A stretch of DNA of 15,299 bases. Source: Pseudomonadota bacterium (lineage in GTDB: Bacteria; Bdellovibrionota; Bdellovibrionia; Bdellovibrionales; SG-bin7). This document shows, piece after piece, positions 1 to 6,726 of this stretch. The stretch lies in assembly GCA_034439715.1 (NCBI GenBank), contig JAWXAY010000081.1, forward strand, positions 1-15,299. The letters run 5' to 3'. The notes under the pieces are model-generated. The model was not told the DNA's origin, did no database searches, and was given only the letters and a program-made list of their open reading frames with translations. The number at the start of each line of letters is the position of its first letter. The first letter of the stretch is position 1. The position numbers and the translations under genes were made by a program.

Positions 1-1504
1 ACGTCGCGAACGGGCCAAGCCATTTCCCCTAGTCATTGGTAAAAAAGAAATTTTTACCAGTCGATTTTTAGATTCGGTTAATCCCTCTAATCCTCATGAA
101 GTGGTGGGGCGAGTATGTGTGGCAGGAATAGAAGAGGCTGACCTTGCGGTAAAGATGGCGCAAGGTACCTTTACCACTTGGAAGAATATCTCAACACCAG
201 TTCGCGCAGACATTTTAGACAGAGCGGCAGATTTATTAATTAAAGAAAAATTTCAATTAATGGCCATAGAGGTTTTAGAAACTGGCAAACAATGGGTCGA
301 GGCTGATGGTGATGTGGCAGAAGCCATCGATTTTTGTCGTTACTATGCTCAGCAGATTCGTGAAATTTCAAAACCAAAACGCACCGGACATGTAGCGGGA
401 GAGTTGAGCCAATATTTTTATCGGCCACGGGGAGTGGCGTTGGTAATTGCTCCTTGGAATTTTCCGCTGGCAATACTGGCGGGAATGGTGGCGGCCGCAG
501 CCGTCGCTGGCAATACTGTTATCATGAAACCGGCCGAGCAAAGCCCGATAATTGCCGCCCACCTTATGCGAATTTTTAAAGAGGCTGGGTTTCCACCGGG
601 CGTAATTAATTTTTTGCCTGGTTTTGGCGAGGAAATAGGTGCGCATCTTGTCAAACATAAGGATGTGCAAATTATTTCTTTTACGGGCTCAAAAGAAGTA
701 GGTTTGGGAATTTTAAGAGATGCCGCCTCAATTTTGCCGGGCCAATCTACGCTTAAAAAATGTGTAATCGAAATGGGCGGAAAAAACGCTATCATTGTAG
801 ATTCTGATGCTGATTTGGATGAGGCGGTGAGCGGAGTGCTTAACTCGGCATTTGGATATCAGGGGCAAAAGTGTTCGGCCTGCAGCCGAGTGATAGTTCT
901 TGAAGAAAACTACGACCGATTTGTCGGGCGCTTGGCAGAGGCCGCTAGTAGTTTCGAGATAGGCCCTGCCGAGAACCCTAAGTATTTTATGGGGCCTGTT
1001 ATTGATGAAGCTGCGCAAAAAAGAATTTTAAGCACAATTAAAATCGCTAAAGGGTATGCTCGCGTGTTGTTTCAGGGGGAAGTACCCACAGAGGGCTATT
1101 ACGTTCCACCTATCATATTTGTAGATGTTGATCCCAAATCAGACCTCTCGCAAAAAGAAATTTTTGGCCCCGTTTTAGCTGTTATCAAAGTAAAGACGAT
1201 TGATGACGCAATCAAGGTCGTAAATTCTGTGGAATTTGGTTTGACCGCCGGTCTTTACTCCCGAAGTCCCGTTCATATTGAAAAAGTAAAAAATGAATTA
1301 GAAGTAGGAAACCTCTACATTAATCGACAGATTACAGGAGCGATGGTGGAGCGACATCCGTTTGGTGGCACCAAAATGTCAGGAGTCGGAAGCAAAACCG
1401 GTGGAGTCGATTATTTGATTCAATACATGGAGCCAATATCAGTGACTGAAAACACTTTGCGACGTGGCTTTGCTCCAGCCGAAGAGGATGTAACCCAGAA
1501 TTAG
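1..1504 (+). CDS. putA: C-terminal L-glutamate gamma-semialdehyde (P5C) dehydrogenase part of bifunctional PutA, 5'-truncated by the window edge
   Basis: The frame is open from base 2 (RRERAKPFPLVIG...SVNPSNPHEVVGRV), so the GTG at 101 is not the true start. ALDH motifs: IAPWNFP, KPAEQS, SFTGS, EMGGKN, catalytic Cys in GQKCSACS, EIFGP, PFGG. The C-terminal TENTLRRGFAP is typical of PutA of the deltaproteobacterial type. The PRODH domain is not visible, so a monofunctional PruA/RocA cannot be excluded. Confidence 0.88.
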   Translation, partial: RRERAKPFPLVIGKKEIFTSRFLDSVNPSNPHEVVGRVCVAGIEEADLAVKMAQGTFTTWKNISTPVRADILDRAADLLIKEKFQLMAIEVLETGKQWVEADGDVAEAIDFCRYYAQQIREISKPKRTGHVAGELSQYFYRPRGVALVIAPWNFPLAILAGMVAAAAVAGNTVIMKPAEQSPIIAAHLMRIFKEAGFPPGVINFLPGFGEEIGAHLVKHKDVQIISFTGSKEVGLGILRDAASILPGQSTLKKCVIEMGGKNAIIVDSDADLDEAVSGVLNSAFGYQGQKCSACSRVIVLEENYDRFVGRLAEAASSFEIGPAENPKYFMGPVIDEAAQKRILSTIKIAKGYARVLFQGEVPTEGYYVPPIIFVDVDPKSDLSQKEIFGPVLAVIKVKTIDDAIKVVNSVEFGLTAGLYSRSPVHIEKVKNELEVGNLYINRQITGAMVERHPFGGTKMSGVGSKTGGVDYLIQYMEPISVTENTLRRGFAPAEEDVTQN

Positions 1505-2401
1505 ACCCATACCTAACCCTCCTAGGTGCGCCGAAAAGGCAATTGAGGTCCCAAGCTCTGGTGTCGACGACATATAACCCGCTAAATCAAAAGCCATTCT
1601 GTGTAATAAGAAAATCCAGGTCGGTAAATAAATCCACCCACAGTAACCTCGTTTAAATAACGTGAGATAAATAAAGCGGACGGGTTGCCGCCAAAAGACA
1701 GCACCAAAGAGGCCAATTAATCCACTCACTGATCCACTCGCCCCGATCATTGGTGCGAGGCTCAGCGTGCCGCCAAGTACAGTGTAAAACAGGGCGCCAA
1801 AGAATCCTGTAAACAGAAACCCGACTAGAAGTGCGGCTCCGCCGATGACTGGCTCGAGATAACTTCCCACAATTAGAAGGAAGAACGCATTGCCGAAGAG
1901 GTGCATGGCACCCCCATGGACAAACTGATAGGTAATGGCGCGCGTCCAGTCAGTATTGTAAGAATAAAAACCCATCTCATAGGTTGGGTGCATGCTAATT
2001 ATCTCTCGTAGTTCCTTTATTTTTTTGCGCCAAACTTTTTTTGCAACGTCATCCTGACCAGTTTTGGCGGTGTTATATTTGTAAAAAAACTGGGGGTCTC
2101 TAAGAGCGTAAAACCCCATAATTCTTAGGGCATTTCTGTCTCCACGAAGTGCCTGGTCGGCCTTCGCTTTTATAAGCGGTGAAGCCTTGTTGGGCTGGCT
2201 ATTTAAAAATCGAGAATAGAGCAAGCCCTGAGTCTGTAAAAAAAGTTTATCAGAAAATATATTTTGCATTTGCCTGTCCATCAAAAGGCTTTGCGTTGCT
2301 GTCAAAAAGAAGGCGATCAACATAATGTAAATCAAACACCATGTAACTGGTGTCTTAACCAAACTGGGCATAAACATGTCTTTAAACCACGGAAAAATCA
2401 T
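1439..2401 (-). CDS. Rhomboid-family intramembrane serine protease with an ~100-aa soluble insertion after TM1
   Basis: FVHGGAMHLFGNAFFL (HxxxxHxxxN), catalytic MIGASG serine, FSAHLGG histidine, multiple TM segments. Its start overlaps the upstream gene's stop (ATGA, 2398-2401). Confidence 0.93.
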   Translation of the reverse strand: MIFPWFKDMFMPSLVKTPVTWCLIYIMLIAFFLTATQSLLMDRQMQNIFSDKLFLQTQGLLYSRFLNSQPNKASPLIKAKADQALRGDRNALRIMGFYALRDPQFFYKYNTAKTGQDDVAKKVWRKKIKELREIISMHPTYEMGFYSYNTDWTRAITYQFVHGGAMHLFGNAFFLLIVGSYLEPVIGGAALLVGFLFTGFFGALFYTVLGGTLSLAPMIGASGSVSGLIGLFGAVFWRQPVRFIYLTLFKRGYCGWIYLPTWIFLLHRMAFDLAGYMSSTPELGTSIAFSAHLGGLGMGLILGYILFGWSKATSQSVFSH

Positions 2402-4209
2402 TTTTTATTTTTTCCCATTTTGCGAGGTGGTGGGGAGCTTGCTGGTAACCGCGTCAATGGCCCGACGCTCGTACTTATAAACGAGCCAACTTCTTTAGCT
2501 TCCTGATACCTATCTTCTTGTATGAGGCGTTTTTGAAGTTCTTTGGCCATCGCTATTCCGTGATCTCCTAAATTCCATTTTTCCCTTTCCCAGGCAATTT
2601 TTATTGCACTGAGGTCGGTTGGCGATTTGGCGGTACTTAGCCAACGAAATCCCACTTCACTCTTATTTTGTGGTTGAAGGGAGTTCTGCAAAAATAGACT
2701 TTGCCAACTATAAAAGGATTCTCTTTTATGCTTCGAGGTAACTCGCGTGATGAGAGAGCGAGTTTCATTATTATCAATGGCGGCAAAAAAATCATTGGCG
2801 TTTTTCAGTGGTTCTTGGGCACACTCAGTACTTCTGACAACGCTGAGTGCGACCATTGTCGGCAAATCCTTGTTTTGGAACTGTTTCAAATGATCATTAA
2901 ACCAATCACAGATTCTCTTTTGTGCGGGTCCGCACTCGCGCAGTGACTCTTCATAACAAAACCAGGCTGACGTTATAAGACCAGTTTGGTGTCCGACATT
3001 GGGCAAAAAAGTAAAAAGTGCTAATCGTGCAGTCTCTTTTTCTTCGATTTGCCAAAGCGCCTTAAGTTTTTGTAAACCTAGAAATGGACCAAGGGAAGAT
3101 GTTAATTCCAATTTTTCAATTAGCCCTAAGGCTTTCGTGAAATTGTTCACCCGCATCCAATGTTGTAGTGCCCAAAGCTGAATGTCAGGATAGAGGCTAT
3201 TGGTTAGCTTCTGGTATTGAGCGTTTAGCTTAGTTGGGGGACTGATACCATCGTATTTCTTTGCTTTTAAAAGTAGGCAATAGTCTGTGGCATTCGGCAT
3301 GCTACAAACCTTTTTTTGATATTTTTCATATACGCTAGGTTCAGCATTGAACGCCAATGCTTTGGCTGCATAGGCTTGAACCGATGGTTTTCCGTTCCAA
3401 AGTTCATTATCGGCTTCCTTATCAAGGCAGTCTTCTTCAAGAATTCCTGCAGCAAAGAGATTGAGACTTTGGCTCAACCGATTAGTTTTTTTCGCTCGAT
3501 GGCCTTTGGGTAAGGTGGTCTCAATGACGTTGCAGGAGTCAACCTGGGGTTTTGCAAAAAGAGTCGAACCAAAAGGGAGGACTTCCCTGTCTCCTGGCTC
3601 GGAAGTCACCTTCGAGATGAAACTTACAATAATAAAAATATAGAAGCCGGTCAGAATCCCCTTGAGAACTCCACTCAGCCGATAATCAGGAGGGGACACA
3701 GAATATCTCTCTTGGCCAAGCACAATGGTATCAGCCAGTCGGTCATAGATGGGGCGACGCTGACGGTGGTAAATGATTGCCAGATGGGGAAATAAAAGCA
3801 GCATGGCCCCGAGGCACCAATAAACCCCGCGGGTAAAGGCTGAACCCCAATTCGGTTTAGTGCGATCCCAAATTGATACTACACGAATGTTAAAGAAAAG
3901 CTTTCCGGGAGTGGCGCCAAACAGCGCAATGCTGACTGTTTGATAAAACAGAACCGTTAAAAAAATGACAATAATGTAACTTAGTAAGAATTTTCCGGTA
4001 GCAAATTCATTAGAGAGCCATTCAGAAATTTCTTGTCTTCTTTTAATGCCCGAAATTAAGAGTGAAATAACGGGAAACAAAATGATGATGTCTACTACCA
4101 GGGCCGAAAAACGATTTAATGGGTCTGCAAGTGGTAGGGGCCTGTCGGCAGCACCAGAGGTGCGGTCTATCAAACTGTTATCTTTAGTAAAGATATCTTT
4201 TAAAACCAC
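2398..4209 (-). CDS. RDD-family membrane protein with a long Cys-rich, helical (TPR-like) C-terminal extracytoplasmic domain
   Basis: RDD signature RFSALVVD...GATPGKLFFNIRVV...RPIYDRLADTIV. A further TM follows, then ~400 aa of soluble sequence with 8 Cys. GTG start with no obvious SD. Confidence 0.85.
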   Translation of the reverse strand: MVLKDIFTKDNSLIDRTSGAADRPLPLADPLNRFSALVVDIIILFPVISLLISGIKRRQEISEWLSNEFATGKFLLSYIIVIFLTVLFYQTVSIALFGATPGKLFFNIRVVSIWDRTKPNWGSAFTRGVYWCLGAMLLLFPHLAIIYHRQRRPIYDRLADTIVLGQERYSVSPPDYRLSGVLKGILTGFYIFIIVSFISKVTSEPGDREVLPFGSTLFAKPQVDSCNVIETTLPKGHRAKKTNRLSQSLNLFAAGILEEDCLDKEADNELWNGKPSVQAYAAKALAFNAEPSVYEKYQKKVCSMPNATDYCLLLKAKKYDGISPPTKLNAQYQKLTNSLYPDIQLWALQHWMRVNNFTKALGLIEKLELTSSLGPFLGLQKLKALWQIEEKETARLALFTFLPNVGHQTGLITSAWFCYEESLRECGPAQKRICDWFNDHLKQFQNKDLPTMVALSVVRSTECAQEPLKNANDFFAAIDNNETRSLITRVTSKHKRESFYSWQSLFLQNSLQPQNKSEVGFRWLSTAKSPTDLSAIKIAWEREKWNLGDHGIAMAKELQKRLIQEDRYQEAKEVGSFISTSVGPLTRLPASSPPPRKMGKNKK

Positions 4210-4215
4210 AATAGG

Positions 4216-4242
4216 GTATCGGAATTTTGACGCTACAATTGG
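4216..4242 (-). promoter_or_regulatory. Putative sigma-28 (FliA) promoter of the RDD-rhomboid operon, probably leaderless
   Basis: Minus strand reads CCAA-N15-TCCGATAC against the consensus TAAA-N15-GCCGATAA. The -10 box ends 6 nt before the GTG at 4209. Confidence 0.5.
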
Positions 4243-4291
4243 TGGTGAAGGCTGAAGTTCTAAACTTCGGTCTTGTCTTTAAAAAACCGTA

Positions 4292-4879
4292 TCAGTTTGA
4301 AGCAAAGGAACCGTCTCGAGCAATCTTCAGAGATAGAAAGTGATGGTCTTGGTCACTCTTGATTTCTACAGTCGCCACTCTTATTAGGCTGGCACTAAAC
4401 AGACCATACTCCTCATAAATGCTTTTACCATCATAGCGCTCACTGACCTTGGCAACAGAGTCAAACTCTACAGCTAAAATATTTTTGTTTTTTATTAAAA
4501 AGCTATAGGTATCTTTTATGATTTGAGGCTCATCAGTATTCTGATCTTTATTAAATTCTAAACTAGCGATTTTACCACCTAAAAGATTAATTGCGTAACT
4601 CCCATTAAGGGTGCCGAAAGCAAACTTTTCAAACGTATCGGGACGTTTTCCGACGACAAGATTTTTTTTATCTCTAAACCCTGAAGTGTATTTTTTAATG
4701 AGCTCGGCTTCCCAATTTAAATTCGTACTGGCCGGGAGTCGTGAGCTGAGGTTGGCTTTTTGACTACTTAAGTTTGAACTACCTTGTTTATTAGAAAAGA
4801 GCTGGTCATTCAAAAAACTTATGGCAAATAAAAGAGTGAATAAGAAAGCGGCTGTATGTGTGTATTGTTTTGATCCCAT
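4292..4879 (-). CDS. Hypothetical exported / N-terminally anchored protein with an RLPAS motif
   Basis: The ORF track starts it at 4939, but the ATG at 4879 (MGSKQY...) has SD GAGGGA and lies just downstream of a sigma-54 site. A hydrophobic N-terminal segment (AAFLFTLLFAISFL) is followed by an S/N-rich linker ending SSRLPAS. Confidence 0.8.
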   Translation of the reverse strand: MGSKQYTHTAAFLFTLLFAISFLNDQLFSNKQGSSNLSSQKANLSSRLPASTNLNWEAELIKKYTSGFRDKKNLVVGKRPDTFEKFAFGTLNGSYAINLLGGKIASLEFNKDQNTDEPQIIKDTYSFLIKNKNILAVEFDSVAKVSERYDGKSIYEEYGLFSASLIRVATVEIKSDQDHHFLSLKIARDGSFASN

Positions 4880-4908
4880 AATTCCCTCTAGTGTTTCCCT
4901 AATTACTA

Positions 4909-4924
4909 TGCGAGGAGCGTGCCC
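4909..4924 (-). promoter_or_regulatory. Putative sigma-54 (-24/-12) promoter
   Basis: Minus strand GGGCACGCTCCTCGCA has GG-N10-GC spacing and a GGCACG core, ~30 nt upstream of the ATG at 4879. Confidence 0.65.
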
Positions 4925-4961
4925 GCCAAATGCTAACATAGTGGCTTTAAAGGGTTTCTGG

Positions 4962-4978
4962 TGTCGATTGACTTGACA
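4962..4978. promoter_or_regulatory. Palindromic TGTC-N9-GACA site (candidate enhancer/UAS)
   Basis: TGTCGATTGACTTGACA, upstream of the sigma-54 site, with the same spacing as the palindrome at 15145-15161. Confidence 0.55.
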
Positions 4979-4996
4979 GGTGTAAAGCAGAAAGCG

Positions 4997-5043
4997 CTCG
5001 GTTTTCTCAAAATGAGAAACCCGAGGCTTAGCGCACTCGGGTT
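4997..5043 (-). terminator. Overlapping inverted repeats downstream of the Fis-HTH gene (likely intrinsic terminator; also contains TCTCA-N3-TGAGA)
   Basis: Stem A is AACCCGAG(5018-5025)/CTCGGGTT(5036-5043), followed on the minus strand by TCTCATTTT. Stem B is CTCGGTTTTCTCA(4997-5009)-AAA-TGAGAAACCCGAG(5013-5025), 12/13 paired. Confidence 0.6.
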
Positions 5044-5071
5044 CTAAAATTAATATAGTTTTTAAGCGGAT

Positions 5072-5497
5072 TTACGCAGCCATTTTTTTGCGTCGAGCCT
5101 TTGAAGGGTCGATATTGTAGAGCTTTACTTTTCTGTAGAGCGTAGCGCGGCCAATTCCCAACGCTTTAGCAGCTTCAGTAAGATTGCCATTATATACAGA
5201 AATAGCGTTTTCAATGGCCTTCGCCTCGAGATCGTTCATTCTGTGGACGCCAGCGCCAGCGCCAGAACCTGCGCCTGCCTCAGTGCCAGGAAAAGGAATG
5301 ACTTTGCCACCAGTGCCAGAAGCGAGAGCGGGACTTGCAAAACCCGGCTTGCCTTTGTTCGCAGGATCTACAAAGCAGCCTTCCCATTGATCGGGTGTGT
5401 AGGTTTTTACAGATGCACCATTTTGCTCGCCCCATGTTTTTGCACGGTTCGAGAAATCAGTGTCGTTTGAAACGACATATACTAGATTACGGACCAT
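5072..5497 (-). CDS. Stand-alone Fis-family (HTH_8) DNA-binding protein without an AAA+ domain
   Basis: The C-terminal MNDLEAKAIENAISVYNGNLTEAAKALGIGRATLYRKVK is the HTH found on NtrC-type activators. It has a short N-terminal domain and a Gly/Ala linker, no GAFTGA or Walker motifs, and SD AGGGGA. Confidence 0.9.
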   Translation of the reverse strand: MVRNLVYVVSNDTDFSNRAKTWGEQNGASVKTYTPDQWEGCFVDPANKGKPGFASPALASGTGGKVIPFPGTEAGAGSGAGAGVHRMNDLEAKAIENAISVYNGNLTEAAKALGIGRATLYRKVKLYNIDPSKARRKKMAA

Positions 5498-5553
5498 TTG
5501 ATTCCCCCTTGATAAGTAAAGAGTGTGTTAATGAGAATTACCTCACATGTCCT

Positions 5554-5580
5554 ATATCGGCGCATCAATGTGAGAAATTA
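5554..5580 (-). promoter_or_regulatory. Putative sigma-28 (FliA) promoter of the Fis-HTH gene
   Basis: Minus strand TAATTTCT-N11-GCCGATAT against the consensus TAAAGTTT-N11-GCCGATAA. Confidence 0.7.
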
Positions 5581-5662
5581 AGGGGTATTTTGATTAATTT
5601 CGAGAATAATCTCTAAATGATTGAATAATCAGTCTTTTATTGATTCACTTTTTATCGATATT

Positions 5663-6154
5663 TTATCGACGACCTGATTTAATTTTGACCTGAAGGCGAG
5701 AAATCAAATGTACCGCCATCTTTTCGTGGACACGACACATTTTGAGTTCGTCTCTGCGATAGGAGCGTTGACTGGGAGTAAGTGTTCCCATTTCTAGCTC
5801 CATTTCGTAATCCAATTTATTAGCTCGAATTGTTTCAAGTTCTTTGGTCTGAGTTTTAAAAAGTTTGGTTGCGCCACTTAAAGGAGCGACTTCTATCCAC
5901 TCTTCTTTAGCTCGGTACCAGCTGACCATTCTTAAAAAACGAGCTTTATTCTTAGCGAGAGTAAAGACGGGATACATGCTTTCTTCAAGCTTAAGTAAAT
6001 TGTCGGCCTGGAGCCAGTCATCGTTCTCTTCTTGCTCAGGCAGTAGTTCAGCATTGATAAAATCTTCTTGGGTAACCGGAGTTTCTTCTATGGCGTCAAG
6101 AGAAGTTGGAGAATGTAAATCATTGGCGAGTTGTTCTTGCGGCTGATGTTGCAA
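5663..6154 (-). CDS. Hypothetical soluble protein (acidic N-terminus, basic helical/coiled-coil C-terminus)
   Basis: 163-aa ORF that fills the gap between neighbours. TTG start preceded by AAGGGGG. No recognised motif. Confidence 0.75.
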   Translation of the reverse strand: MQHQPQEQLANDLHSPTSLDAIEETPVTQEDFINAELLPEQEENDDWLQADNLLKLEESMYPVFTLAKNKARFLRMVSWYRAKEEWIEVAPLSGATKLFKTQTKELETIRANKLDYEMELEMGTLTPSQRSYRRDELKMCRVHEKMAVHLISRLQVKIKSGRR

Positions 6155-6274
6155 CTAGGCCCCCTTTTTATAGCCCCATAGGAATATATCAAATTTCCTT
6201 TTTTATCAATGATGATCAGGGCTTAGCAAAATTTATAGGCAAAAATGCACTCTCGACGTAATGCGTAACAGAAA

Positions 6275-6649
6275 TTACTTAAGGATTCTAGTGGGCAACC
6301 AGATGGCCAACCAAGTGGCCGCCAGACACAAGAAATTTGAAATTAAGAAATATCCCAGAAACCGCAGATATTCTTGCTTCAACAAAAACTGAACACATTC
6401 GATCATAAATGTTGAAAAAGTGGTAAGCGCTCCAAGAAATCCCACTGCAATTGCCAACTTTAAGCCGGGGCCAATGACATCTTGGATTTCGCTAAAGTAG
6501 TAGATCGTACCTAGAGCATAGCAACCTATTAAATTGGCAGCGAGTGTGCCCCAAGGAAATCCGGGATCATTAAATCGACTCAGCCAAAACCGGCATAAAA
6601 CGCCGAGAACACCTAAAATAGAAATAAAAACTATAACCATATTGATCAT
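6275..6649 (-). CDS. crcB: Fluoride channel CrcB/FluC
   Basis: GVLGVLCRF, FPWGTLAANLIGC and GFLGALTTFSTF motifs with 4 TM segments. Start moved to the ATG at 6649 (124 aa; 6640 is also possible) because the longer ORF overlaps the divergent gene. Confidence 0.93.
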   Translation of the reverse strand: MINMVIVFISILGVLGVLCRFWLSRFNDPGFPWGTLAANLIGCYALGTIYYFSEIQDVIGPGLKLAIAVGFLGALTTFSTFMIECVQFLLKQEYLRFLGYFLISNFLCLAATWLAIWLPTRILK

Positions 6650-6688
6650 AAAGTATGAGGTAATTCCCTCGTCAGTGTCACGCATTTC

Positions 6689-6717
6689 TTGACATGTTAT
6701 AGGCTGCTTAATAGCGT
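6689..6717 (+). promoter_or_regulatory. Putative sigma-70 promoter of the peptidase operon
   Basis: TTGACA-N17-TAGCGT, ending 9 nt before the ATG at 6727. No SD, so the transcript would be near-leaderless. Confidence 0.5.
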
Positions 6718-6726
6718 TTAAACCAT

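Noticed and set aside
4252..4270. Hairpin CTGAAGTT-CTA-AACTTCGG as a terminator
   Set aside because: Short, weak stem with no U-tract on the minus (transcribed) strand.
4880..4939. Upstream ATG start for the 215-aa ORF
   Set aside because: It would include the sigma-54 promoter. The ATG at 4879 has an SD and places the signal anchor at the N-terminus.
5249..5280. GCCAGC-type short repeats
   Set aside because: They simply encode the low-complexity GAGSGAGAG linker of the Fis-HTH protein.
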